DNA of 64,000 bases. Origin: Podarcis cretensis. Its lineage: Eukaryota. A model generated the notes under the pieces. It worked only from the letters and a program-made list of their open reading frames with translations. It was not told the DNA's origin and did not search any database. The position numbers were made by a program, and so were the translations under genes. The stretch lies in contig OX638150.1 in NCBI GenBank assembly GCA_951804945.1, positions 68,324,001 to 68,388,000 of the forward strand, read 5' to 3'. Positions 1-12,870 of the stretch are shown here, in pieces (position 1 is the stretch's first letter; each line of letters opens with the position of its first letter).

Positions 1-444
1 CTATCTAGTTTAGTATTGTCTGCACTGACAGGCAGTGTCTCTCCAGGGTTTTAGGATTAAACCTGAAACCTTTCGCATGCAACGCATGTGCTCTGGCACT
101 GAGCAAAAGCATTCCCACTGGACTGCTTAACTCTATTTACTCCCTGATCCTCCCGGAACAGACAAAAGGCACATTTAGTTCTGTGTGTGTGTGTACATAC
201 ATACATACATGCATAAATATATATGTAACCCACTCTACTCTTCTGATTTTAAATTGTTTTAACTGACTTTAAGAATGTATTTTTAAAGGCTGTTATAACC
301 TACCCTGGGATCTTATGGCAAAAAGTGGGTAAGAAATCTTAATAATGATAAAGAAAATAATATAGCAACCACCCTTTTCATAGCTGCTGCACACTGGGTC
401 AACATCTTCATTGAGCGTGAAGTCAAAAAAAAAATTATACTCAC

Positions 445-508
445 CTGAGGCAAAGAAGCAGCAATAGAGTCCTAGGAGGAGAAACAGCACAGCTGCAGCC
501 TTCATCAT
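445..508 (-). CDS. Gene A exon 1 (signal peptide) of a probable Kazal/SPINK gene; the rest lies beyond the left edge
   Basis: Encodes MMKAAAVLFLLLGLYCCFFAS, then a phase-1 donor G|GTGAGT. Same architecture as exon 1 of the other cluster genes, with a TATA-like TATATAAATA at ~585-597 on minus. No Kazal exon is visible in the window, so the family call comes from context. Confidence 0.7.
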
Positions 509-2322
509 GCAGACAGTGTGATTTGATGCTGATGCTTTTGGTGGTGTCCAGTCTCCCAATGCTCCCCAGCGATGGAATCCCTGTATTTATATATATCCAA
601 AAAGTCTCATTCTGTGCACACTTGCAATGATGACATCTTCTCCCCCTGCCTTAATGATTTGTAGTAAATAGTAGAACTCCAAAGGTCCTGGCCTTTTTAG
701 ATATTTCTAAAGAGGTTTGGCTGCAGACCAATTTGTAGGAACAAGTGGGGCAATTATGTGCTGCTTTGTAAACATCTGAAACTTATAACTGAGATAACTT
801 GGCCATTTCCCATGTTGCGCAGCAGGGAGACCAGAAAGAAACAACTGCTTGACAGTAGTTACAGCCACGTAGGCTGCGGCCTGTCAAAACAGCATTTGAC
901 TGCAGGAACCATAAACACACACACTGATTAAGACTGAAAGCTATACAGATGCATTCCTCGCAGCTGCATGCGTCAGAGTTACCTCCCCAGTGCTCTGTCC
1001 ATAAATGAAAAGTAACGACCTAATAACCCGCCTAGGAAGCCTGTTGCAGAGCAAGCTGAGCATTAGTTCTAAAGGCTGGTGCTGTGTCCACTCTTGGAAC
1101 AGTGGCCTAATGCTGACACTTGACTTTGTGTTACACACACACACACACACACACACCCCACTGCACCAATACAGTGGCTCTGCTTTTCATAGAAATGCTG
1201 CAAAGAAAGTGTGTTGGTTTGCTCCACATTCGCTTGCACGTCATTCTTTTGCAATCACCTGTCAGATGCAATGAGCTCACCATAGGTGTTTTTGAGGGCT
1301 TCAGCCATATATGGAGATGGATAACCAATCTGCTAAGTGAGGAAAAAACATGAACTCTCACCTCACCTAGTCTGAGAGTGAAGCACATGCCTGTCCTTCC
1401 AAGTTGGGGTGGGAAGGCCTGCCACTTTCTTTTGTCCTGCTTGTGGGAGTACTGTTCCCACAGGGCAAACAAACCATCTGACTTGTTGCCCCCATGGAGA
1501 AGGTACGTGTGGACGTCAGAACACAGTAACATGAAGTGGCTGGATGGAAGGGCCACTGCAAAACATTAGGTGAATTCAGTCTTTTTTCCCAGGAGGTACT
1601 CAATGGTATGCAGTACCGACACCTCTTTTTTGTTGTTAAAAAGTGTGGCACTTACTATAACAACTTTATGGTGAGTAACCAGCACCTATTTTTCTAGGGA
1701 AAAAAAGCACTGATTGTAATTACTTGCATATTTTAAATGTATTGTAGATAGTTTTAATTGTATTAATGTTTAATTGTTTTGTAATGAATTTATAGTCTAT
1801 GTTTTTAGCTATGCTTCTTTTCCGTCAGAGGAAAGGTGAAGCATAAATAAACATATCATCATCATAATCTAGTGCAGTGGTTTTCAACCAGTGAGCTGTG
1901 GCACCTTGGGGGTGCCTTGAATGATGGTCAGGGGTGCCATGGGCAACACTGGCATCCATCCCTCTTTCCTTCCTTCCCTTCCTCCTCTGATGCCCTCTTG
2001 TGTCTCTGCTTCCCAAAGGCTTGTACAGCTGTTCATTGAAGCATCCCTGGCTACAAGCTCCTCAGGCAAATGGTGCCCTGAGGCAGTGGGATGCTGGTTG
2101 TCAGGAGCTGAGGCGGCCTTGGAGTAAGCAAGCCAGCCAGCCAGTCCACCAGACCAAAGGGGAGCCTTTCCCCATGCAGGCCTGGTGGTGCACGCTGCTG
2201 CCACTGCTGCCTCCCAAGGTAAGTTGCTGGCCTCACGTTCATCTCTGCCAGTCTCCGTTGGGCCACTAAGGCTGGGGGGATCCTCTTCCCAGGCCCCCTG
2301 TTGGGCAGTGTGAGGAAGACCA

Positions 2323-3150
2323 TTTCTTTGTTTTGTTTTTTTATAAATATTTATTGAGATTTTTTTTAAATACAAAATGCAAAAATAATAAACAATATAA
2401 CATGTATCATAACACATTTTTCAGAACTTCTTTGGACTCCCTCACGTCTCCCACTCCCACTTACATCATTGTAAATTTTTTCCAACAATTTATCATCTTA
2501 TTTATATTCTTAAATCTTGTTCAGTTAATTTAATCTAATCTCCAAAAATTTTATGTTTCCCTCAATCTCACTTATCGTCAGATTCAAATCTAATTCAATG
2601 GTAGGCAATTATTTATGATCTAGCATCCTTCTTAGCATTCGACCAAATTACAATACTTTTGTAGATAAATCTTGAATTTCTTCCAGTCTTCTTCAACCCT
2701 CTCTTCTCCCAGGTCTCGAATTCTACCAGTCATCTCAGCCAGTTGCATATAGTCCATCAGCTGCATCTGCCACTCTTCCAGTGTGGGTAGATCTTGAGTT
2801 TTCCAGCTCCTAGCGATAAGTATCCTTGCTGCCGTTGTTGCATACATAAAAAATGTTTGGTCCTTCTTTAACACCTTCTGGCCGACAATGCCCAGAAGGA
2901 AGGCCTCTGGTTTCTTAGTGAAGGTATACTTAAATACCTTTTTCAACTCATTATATATCATTTCCCAGAAGGCCTTCACTCTAGGGCAAGTCCACCAGAG
3001 GTGAAAGAATGTTCCTTCATGTTCTTTACATTTCCAACATTTATTATCAGACAAATGGTATATTTTGGCAAGTTTAACTGGGGTCATGTACCATCTATAT
3101 ATCATTTTCATTACATTTTCCTTCAAAGCATTACATGCAGTGAAGTTCAG
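2323..3150 (-). mobile_element. L1/Tx1-clade LINE 3' end (ORF2 C-terminal Cys-rich region plus poly-A tail)
   Basis: ORF 2632-3255 contains KMIYRWYMTP...CWKCKEHEGTFFHLWWTCP; T-rich tail at ~2323-2345. Confidence 0.85.
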
Positions 3151-4084
3151 CCCGGAAGACCATCTCTTTGGGGGGGGGAGCTCAGAGACCAGAAGCGGCA
3201 GCAGTGGCTGGCCAGAGGACTCCCAAGAAGAGAGGAGAGGAGGCTGAGGGAACACTCCACAAGGGAGGGTATTTGAAACCGGTTAAGAGGCTGCCAGCTC
3301 AGCAGGCAAGGGGTGACATAACTGGGCTCCTGAGCCCCACAGTGGTGCTGCAGAAAGAAGGTAGTTGGTCATGGGAGCCGTGGACTCGAAAAGGTTGAAA
3401 ACTTCTGATCTAGTGGATCAAAAGTTCCCCATACATTTTCTAATCTGTTTAGGTAAAGAACATGCATGGTGTACCTTGCTAGAAAACAGGTTACATACTT
3501 CTTAAGAAATATGTAGTGTTTTGAACATGTGTGCAAACTAGCAGTAACAAGAAAGCATGTGGTTCGTGAAAAGAAGAAGGCACAGCTTTCTCTAATCAGC
3601 TGAGAGTGCAGGAGGGGAATTAAAAAATCGAGTGCTTCATCACAAATGCTCCCTTGCCTGTGGGCTTGGAATGTAGGAGAAAAAGCACCAAGCAAAAGTC
3701 TTTTTTGTGTAAGTGCTCTAAAACATGAGATTGTGTAAGTGCTCTAAAACATGAGATCATACCTACATGGGCAGTACCATATGGTTTCCCCCCCTTAAAT
3801 ATTTACAGCCCAGTCAATACATGCTAACTCAAAATTTACTCTTATTCTGTTCAATGGGGCATCATCCCAGTAAGCATATTTAGCACAGGAAGTTTCCTTA
3901 TCAGACCATTGATTCATCTAGCAGCAGCTTTCCAGGGGGTTCAGAGGGGGTTCTCTCCCAGCCCTCCCTGGAGATGCTGGGGTTGAAGCTGGGACATTCT
4001 GATGCAAAGCAGATGCTCTGCAACTGAGCTATAGCTCTTCCCTTCAGTGACATTTGGGTGTGTTTCAGTCCAGTGTCTGACTCT

Positions 4085-4412
4085 TTACTGAAGGAGCGTC
4101 TCCATCCCCATCGTTCAGCCCAGGCACTGAGGTCCAGCTCTGAGGGCCTTCTGGCGATACCCCCATTGTGAGAAGTGAGGTTACAGGGGACCAGGCAGAG
4201 GGCCTTCTCGGTAGTGGTGCCTGCCCTGTGGAACGCTCTCCCGTCGGATGCCAAGGAAATAAACAACTGTCTGACTTTTAGAAGATATCTGAAGGAAGCC
4301 CTTTTTAGGGAAGTTTTTAATGTTTGATGTTTTATCGCTTTAAAAAAAATATTATTAATATTCTGGTGGAAGCCGCCCAGAGTGGCTGGGGGAACCCAGC
4401 CAGATGAGTGGG
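4085..4412 (+). mobile_element. L2-clade LINE 3' fragment
   Basis: Typical L2 terminal motif GGCCTTCTCGGTAGTGG...CTGTGGAACGCTCTCCC followed by 3'UTR. Confidence 0.65.
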
Positions 4413-6069
4413 GCAGTGGCAGAGCTTCATGCTTCAAGTGTTCAGATTTGGGATGAAACCATACATTCAGCTGCACATGGTGTGGTCCCCATTTTAGAGA
4501 GAGAAAAAATATTACTAATATTCTTTAAAATGTTACTGCTGTCTGAAGTCTTTTCTGCTCCTTTTTTTATTAGAAGGGAATGGAAGCAGAGCTCATGGCT
4601 TCAGATCAGTGGCACCAGGATGTCTTCTAAATGCCCTTGTAATTACAATAATCTAACCAGTGTTGCCTGAAGCTGGGAGATGAAAATGATAAATAAGGCA
4701 CCTCTCTGGCAGAGTGATGCAGTGGAAAGTCACAAAAAGATTTTTGAACTTCAAGCCATCTGCTTCTTCTTCTTTTCTTTTTTCCCTTGATGTAGCTAAT
4801 ATCAGTGGGACCTGAACTGCAGAACCCTGTGGCAAAAATTGTCCTTAACAAGTGCTTTGCATACATTGATTCTTCCTGTAACCCAAACAATGCATTGTTT
4901 TCAGTGCGTCTGGCAACTAAAACAACCCAACCTCCAGTCTTCCAACTGAAAACCTTGTTTAAATGGTTTTATTCTCTTTGCCTTCAAGTTATGAGCTGGA
5001 TTAGATGAAGTTTGTCTCCTAGTCTAGCCCAAAAGGCTTGGAAGTGTGCAAGAGAGTGCTTTCTCTGCTTGCCAACCCAACAGATCTACAATTGTCCTTA
5101 CACATCCTTGAGTGTGTGTTTGTGTATATATAAAATTCAGAGCAAACATGCCAAATATCCAATGACTGGGATTTGTTTTATGGAGACCAACTTTTTTTTT
5201 TTGGCGTGTGTGTTGGATTTTACATGCACAAGGTATAGTTCAACCCCACATGGTCATGGAGAGACATCTAGAGTAGGGCAGATATGCAAGAGAAGAGGGG
5301 AGCTGGAGTCAGCTCTCTCTCTTTCCATGGAGTGGTCTGGATTCAATGGGAGCTATCCAATCTAGCCCAAAGTCAGTTTAAAAAAAAAAAAAAAAATAGG
5401 GCTATCTGAGAAACATGCATATGTACAATCATATGCATAGAATCATAGAATTGCAGAGTTGAAAGGGACCCTGAGGATCATCATCCAACCCACTGCAATG
5501 CAGGAATGTGAAGCTGTCTCATATGGGGATCAAACCTGCAACCTTGGTATTATCAGCATAGCTGAGCTATGCATGACATGAGATATGTATTAATGCAAAA
5601 TCTGGTGCTGTATATATATATATATATATATATAAGCTTACAAGGGGTTTTATTGTGTTTTTATATGTGCTGGAAGCACATAAAATTCCATATAATTTCA
5701 GCTGAACCATCTTGAGCAGCTGTGGAAAGGGTGTGTGTGAATCTTTTAAATGAATAGATAATAAATCTGTCTCTGACATTTGCTGAGAAAGACTTGTCGA
5801 TCTGCTTTTCAGATCTGAATATCAGGATTGTGTTCAATGGTGCTGGGTCATCTTGCCTGCAGGATTCATAGGGCAATTTCTTTGCTCAATGGGTCACCAA
5901 AGAGGGTTTAATGCCACGGATATGAAACACACCTACAGGGCGAGATTGCAAAATTGAGGACTTTGGAATTTTCAGTTGATGTTGAAAATCTGAAAAGGAA
6001 CTTTTGTGCTAGAGAAAAGCTATTTAGAAATAGTTTTGTTTTGGCTGTGAGCACACTTTGAATCCAGAA

Positions 6070-6107
<38 letters not shown>

Positions 6108-6127
6108 TATAGTGAAAACTCAAAGCT

Positions 6128-6236
6128 ATGAACATGAGTTTGACCAAACTGCGGGAGGCAGTGGAAGACAGGAGAGTCTGGCGTGCTCTGGTCCATGGGG
6201 TCACGAAGAGTCGGAAACCACTAAACAACAACAAGA
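6128..6236 (+). mobile_element. RTE-BovB LINE 3' end
   Basis: ...GTCCATGGGGTCACGAAGAGTCGGA...(CAA)n tail, the same as copies at 41200, 48570 and 50490. Confidence 0.8.
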
Positions 6237-6343
6237 AGAAGTGGAAAAGGAGCTTCAAACTAGTTTAGACTGGCAGATTTGGATCTTCAGATCTGCTCAA
6301 AAAGCAAGCTCTGATATTAAGATGGCCCCTGGCTCCAACAACT

Positions 6344-6395
<52 letters not shown>

Positions 6396-6975
6396 CTTTT
6401 GGGTCTTAACTATGTTGCCGCCACTATCATCATTCTGGCTGTGTATCAGGAAAAGGAAAAGAGGCAACACAGACGCTGAATTATGTGCAGACCTGTGTAG
6501 AGCCATGGTCTCCTGAACAACATGCCCTACTCCCAATTAACCCCATGCTCCTGAATTTCCAAATCACAGAAACTATTCATAGTTTTATCTTGCACCCAAC
6601 ATAATACTCTCTGAAACTTCTTGCATGGAGAGTGTTTGCTCCTTTCCAACAGACATTTTATGAGAGTGAGAGGGATTGGAAACAGGGAAGAATGTGGACT
6701 CACCAGTCAATGGAGCCCCCTAGTGAATATTAAGTGGAACGTATCCTTTGCATCATTTTGAGGCTTCTCATTGTACAAAGAAGAGCCAAAACATTCTGCT
6801 GAGTTTTGCTTTATTGAAGATGTGTGCTGGAGACAGTAGCATCACCAGGAGCCCAAAGTGGGGAGGGGAGCACAGCAGCAATGACAGCTCACACCCCTAC
6901 ATAGTGCTTCTCTAAGCGTTCACCAGTACAGCGTAGAATATGACATCTTAGTGTTCAGCTGCAACAGTGAAACCT

Positions 6976-9900
6976 TCAAGAGCATCTTCCCATGTGCAGG
7001 AGACCGAGACTCCCGTTACTTTTCCTAGAAAAATAGGATTTACAAATGTAAATTAAAGCCATTGGTCTGTGAAGACACAGGATTATATATGGCAGGAACT
7101 GATGAATAATGATATACCAGTCTACTTATGGAAGGCCAAGTTCAGAACTTTTAAGGAAGAGAAAATTCCTGACTTAATTTTCCTTCACTTCTCATTTTTT
7201 ATTTGTAGGGATCCTGGTTCTGAGATGCTGAAATAGTCTTACTTTGTCATTTTGTATCTATATCATACCCTCCAACATGTTTAGGCCAAAAACCGGGACA
7301 GGCGTCTTCCCAGGTGCGCTCCCGCACGGTCCATGTGACATCACAATAACGTGCGTTTTTGGGCGCCCTACTGAGAGCAGGGTACCCAAAAATGGAATGT
7401 CCTGATTTAATTGCTATATGTTTATTGGGAGGAATAGCAGTGAGTAAAAACAGACCAGTCCATTTAACAGCAGGAGACCCCCTTGACTGCCAATAAGGGC
7501 CAGTGCAGGCCCAACACCACAGGCAACTCAAGCAACTGTTAAGGGCAGTGACATTTTTAGGGACACCAGTCAAACAGTGCACAATCTGAAAGATGCATCT
7601 TTCACATATCTATTTTTTCTCTACATCAAAGCAACACATTTTGTGTGCCAAAGCTAAACTCTGACTCGTGCAAAAAGGATACCAATAATAGAAATGGACA
7701 TTATTTGCATGCAGAATTATTTTTTTATCATTTATTTCTTGTCTGCCAGTTTTGGTGAGGGGCAAAGAACTCTGCAAGGCACTGAGCCTCACTTTCTCGT
7801 GATTGGAAAGCCTTCTTAACTCCCATTTTACCCCATCTTGACTGTGTATTCAAGGGCCAGAAAGCTGTATCACATCATACACTGACTGTCTCTCCATCCT
7901 GCTACGATAGGGAGAGTTGTCACCAACAGCTTGGAGGAGCCAAACAATTCCCTCTTTTAATCCTCTTGTAGCTGATGCATCATGCTGGGAAAACTCCCCT
8001 ACCTTGTTTGCATAGTTATACATCCTTGTAAAGTCTTAACTCATAGAACAGCAATCTCTTGTAAACCCAGGTTGGTAGGTTGGTTGGTTGTTTTTTTTTT
8101 AATACCAGTGGGAATCTCTCTGATTTGGCTCTAATATAGTCTCAGAAGATCACAAGTACATTCACTTGTTGAATGCTTAAATGTGCGAACCTTATTCCAA
8201 CATCGTATAGAGGCAAATTTCTTCCTGACTTCAACAAGAAACTAATTCCTAGCAAGGCTGGATTCATTGGGGGTCTCTGGGCAGAAACATAAAGTTGGTG
8301 GAAACATAATTTCCATAAAAGGAGAGGACATGCAAATCCTGAAAATAAGTTTCACTAACTGTAGCATAGAGGTAGCCAACACAACAGAGAGTGCACATCA
8401 GTCAGTAGACATTTTTTCAGTCCTGAAGCCTGGAATTGACCATGAAAGCAACATAATAATTATATTTTCATCTGCTGTGCATATAGAGCTCTCTTCAATA
8501 TACTTACTCAACTGCCTTGCAAAAAGCACACTTGTTTCCGTAGGTCTGGCCATCTGTGCCGCAGTGAGGGTTAGATTCCCTGGTGCAGTATGGTTCATTG
8601 TTATCAAACTCACTGCAGTCAATAGCCTAAAGGGATAAGAAACAGCCTTTAAGTGATAGTTTTCTTTATAGTTCAGAGGATCCAGATTCTCAAGATGACT
8701 GAGGGGGCCCGACAGGATATCACACGATGTCCTGATGCCACGTATGTAATGTGAGGAGCTAGGGGCAGAGCCAAATCCCATCTGAACACTGAGGGGGCCA
8801 GCTTCCTAAAAAAACATAGCCCCCCTGAAACTGCCTTGATCCCTAGGAATCTGTGCCCATGGTCCTATTAGTCCTGCCAGTTTGCACTCATGACTGAAAC
8901 AAGGGCCATTCCGCATACCAGCTTAAACAGTTTTATAACAGCCAATTCTGAATCAGGATAGCCTAACCAATGTTGTCCATGCCCCTTAAAATTGCTTGCC
9001 TTGATCAGAAAACTTGGAAGAGCCATATTCTATTTGCCCCTTCCCCAGATGCCAACACAAAGGGAGAGGACAGGTGTGTAGGACCACGGGATTGGAGAAC
9101 TAATCCCTTTCAGGGTCAAGATAGGAACTCGTCTCTTCATAGCAACCTAATAGTAAGTCTAGATGTGAAATGGGGCCATATACAAGCAACATCCCAGAAG
9201 GAAATAAAAACAGCTGCACTGACCTCTCCCTCACGTTGGCTGGTAACATCTGTAACAGAAAGGAACAGCAAGGCTTACTAACATATTATAGACCTAATAC
9301 CGAAGGAGTTATAGAATCAGAATATTGTATGTATTTATAAACTGAACTTTATAAACTTCACTTTCATGAAAATATGACAGGGCAGTGTACACCATACAAA
9401 ATTGCAAGGGGAGAAAGAAAAGAATTCTGCAATTGCTGCTCAAAGTTTCCCTCAAGTTAGAAAGACCGTCATTGTTAGGTACACATAATATTATACAAAA
9501 ATCATGCAGTCCTGATGTGTGTAGGTAGCACCATTGCACTAGCTTAGCATTTTCTTCTTAGTGTATTTATTTGCTTTGTTAAGATTTTATCCTCTCCTTA
9601 CTTCCAAAGGAGCCCAGGGTGGAATACACATTTTTTTAAAAAAAATACAATCCATTTAAAACAGCCATATAAAAGTACAATCAGTAAAACTGTTTAATCA
9701 TGTTGTCATACGTGACCACTAAACATACTTGGCTTGGTGTGTGCCAAGTTGTACAGATCTGCATAAATCTTACTTGTATTCCCAAGAGTGCGTGAAAGAA
9801 AACAATGAGGAACAGCAGTTATGTCAGATATGGACACCAGAATCTGGATAGCTGAGGTTGACACAGGTTATAGTCTTATATAGGTGAAATGCTCAGGTGA

Positions 9901-10157
9901 TGATGCTTTCAAGCAAGAATTGTCTTATCTTTTAATATCCCTACTGGTGTTGTCAACAGAAGCACAATTCATTTTACAACAAACGGTAGGAAAATATTCT
10001 GGTACATTCTGGGATAGCACCTCTCCCTCTTGGGAGCAGTCTTTTATGGAGACTGAGGCTGTTTTTTAAACAGTGGAGTCCTCCTTTTTTCTCACTTACC
10101 TGAGAAGAAGCAGAATACAGCCAGGCTCAGCAGCACAAAGACACCTGCAGTTTTCAT
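6976..10157 (-). CDS. SPINK6: Gene B: SPINK6-like single Kazal-domain serine protease inhibitor (4 exons, P1 Arg)
   Basis: Exons 10157-10100, 9249-9224, 8626-8508 and 7024-6976, all GT-AG, phases 1/0/2. Spliced protein [83 protein letters not shown]. The core matches mammalian SPINK6 as I recall it ([26 protein letters not shown]). AATAAA at 6815-6810; TATA-like near 10245-10255. Confidence 0.88.
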
Positions 10158-12644
10158 TTTGCTCCTATAAGTTGGGTTCAAGTCAAGCGGATGGGTTGTC
10201 AGTGCTGAAACTCAGGGGAAGCTCTGACCCATCAAACTCTCCATTTATTTATATGCCCAGCACAGTAGGCCCCACCTGGTGAGAAAACATCTTCACCTTC
10301 TTTTAAGAGCAACCATTGGCCCAAGACACCAGCAGATGTTTATGGGGTTGTCGCATCCTTTAGGCATGCTGCTATATCCACAACAAGCCCAGACTACGAC
10401 AATAATGATGCGAGGCACTCCTTGGAGCTTGTAATTTATCCATCAATTGCTACTTTCCATTTCCTCCCTAATCATAGCCTTCTCACAGCTTGGAACTTCC
10501 CAGCCAGTCACCCAGCAGGGCAACAGCACTGGTGACATGGGATTCTTACCAAGTCCTTGCAGTGTAGATTCAACGTGTTATGAGCTGTTTCTTAATGGGC
10601 ACAGGAAAGATAATAATAGAAGGATTGAGATTTGGAGAACATAATGGCTCCAACACAGCTTTCTATTTTGGAAGCAGAGTCTAAATTTGTTCACGAGAAG
10701 TGTTGGGAGAAGGCAATATAAAAGAGCACGACTTCATTGCTGCTTGTGGAGTCTCATAGGTTACATGTGCTGCTGCTGCTGCTGCTGACACTCCTTTGGA
10801 CTATTTAGACTATGAATGTCAGTTTTGTTTTTTCAATTCTACAAAGAGATGAAAGGACGTTATAGGTTTGTTCCTAAACAGGGAGTCCCTGTGGTCCAGC
10901 AGGGAACCTCAGAATGAACCACAAATGGTAAGTTGTAGACCCAGATTTGCTACTCATGCTTTGGATGGTCAAAATGTAGGGTTGCTTAAAATAAAATAAA
11001 ATTCTGAAGCTCAGCATCCTCACTGGCTAGAATGGCACAGCAACCTTCATCGGCCTGGTGCTCTCCAAATGTTCTAAACTACAACTTTCATCAGCAGTAG
11101 GCAGCATGGCTGATGGGAGGGAAGTCCAGAACATCTGGAGGACTCCAGGCTGGGGAAGAATGGTACTTAAGGAATACCTCTCCCCTTACTCCCCTTACAC
11201 ATTTTGGTTGTCTTGATGTGTGACTTATGTCAAGTGTAGGGTGGCCTATTTTACAGACGACTGCCCTGCACTTGGAAGGCTGATTCATCTTCAGTCCTGG
11301 GAAGATGGTTTCAGCAGATATTTGGGGGAGATTACTATATTTGAAGGTGACTTCTATTTTTGAAGGGTTGTTTAAAATAGAACCTTTGAATAAATATTGG
11401 CAGGGTGAATTTTAACATGGATCCTTCCTGTTCAACAAAGAATATCCATTGTAATGCTTGTGGCAGATCAGAAGACTCATGCTGTGACTCAGATGTCGAG
11501 CAGTGCACACTTTGCATATAACATACATTATACTGACACTGAAATGAATGAAGCTGGATTACAGCAAGGACACTGAAAGTGTTTTATGTGGTTCTTAGAG
11601 GGCAAGATGAGTCCGCAAAGTAAGGCTCACCTTACCTAGCTCAAAAGCAAATGTACAAACAATTTAGGTTGCAAAACATATACATAAGCAGGACCATCAG
11701 TGCAGGATTAAACCCTGTGGCGGCCCCTAGGCAGTTGAAATCTTGGGGAGCCCTTTGCAAATTATCTCCTAATATGTGTTTGTAATTTTCTTTTGAGATC
11801 AAATCAATGTTATTTTTATCCATAGTCGTAGGACCCCTAAAAGGTGTGGGAGCCATAGGTAACTCTGCTTATTTGGTAATCCGGCACTGAGGACAATCCA
11901 CTGGGAGTTTCTCTTGCTTGAGTTCCACTGCAATGAATGGGAACTGTGCTAGAACATTACTGCCTCCTTCCTCATCTCCCATTCATTTCAGCTGGAACTG
12001 TGCAGGGAAACCATCGCTGTGTCCACCATTACCTCATACCTTCCAACATTTCTTCAATGAAAATAGGGACATCCTAAGGAAAAGTGGGACATTCTGGGAT
12101 CAAATCAGAATGAATTTTGGATGAAACTCTAACCCTTCTGTTGTTAGGTGTGGGAAGGGTGTGGCTTTGATACTACTTTTTAAGTACTTTGAAGGAAAAC
12201 AATTATCTTAGAAGAGAACAATAGACATCCAGTCATTCAGTTTGATGTACAACAAGCACTTCATGAGTGACATGTTCCTAAACTGGAAAAAATGAAAGAA
12301 AGGTGCTACAGGCTGATTTAAATGTCATCATGTGTATGTATGTACAGCTCGTGTATATATAACACACCCACACCCACACCCACACACCCAGCTGGTTTCA
12401 AGGGATGAGAGGGGGGAAATGTCCTCCCCTGTCCTCTCTGAAATGTAATTATTACTGCTGGGCCAAATGCCTCTTAAAACATTTGGTGAGATGCTGTGAT
12501 GCTCAGAAGAAACTTAAGACCAAGCCTTTTATGATAAAAATCCCATCAAATCTGAGACAATCAGGGTAGATTGTAAAACTCAAAATAATTTTGCTGTGTG
12601 TCTTTAGGAAGCCCTCAGGAGAGGAGACGAGATGATGAAGCAAC

Positions 12645-12870
12645 CTAAGGCCCGGGGGCCAGATGCGGCTCAATTGCCTTCTTAATCTGGCCTGCGGACA
12701 GTCCAGGAATCAGCGTGTTTTTACATGAGTAGAATGTGTCCTTTTATTCAAAATGCATCTCTGGGTTATTTGTGGGGCATAACAATTCGTTCACCCCCCC
12801 CCCCCCAAATATAGTCTGGCCCAAGGGACGGTGGACTGGCCCATGGCTGAAAAAGCTTGTTGACCCCTGA
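12645..12870. mobile_element. hAT-derived MITE-like fragment (MER20-like)
   Basis: GGCCCGGGGGCCAGATGCGG...GAAAAAGCTTGTTGACCCCTG resembles hAT MITE ends; family assigned from memory only. Confidence 0.5.

Noticed and set aside
3706-3757. Direct repeat TGTGTAAGTGCTCTAAAACATGAGA x2 as CRISPR-like
   Set aside because: Simple two-copy tandem duplication with no spacer, in a vertebrate genome.
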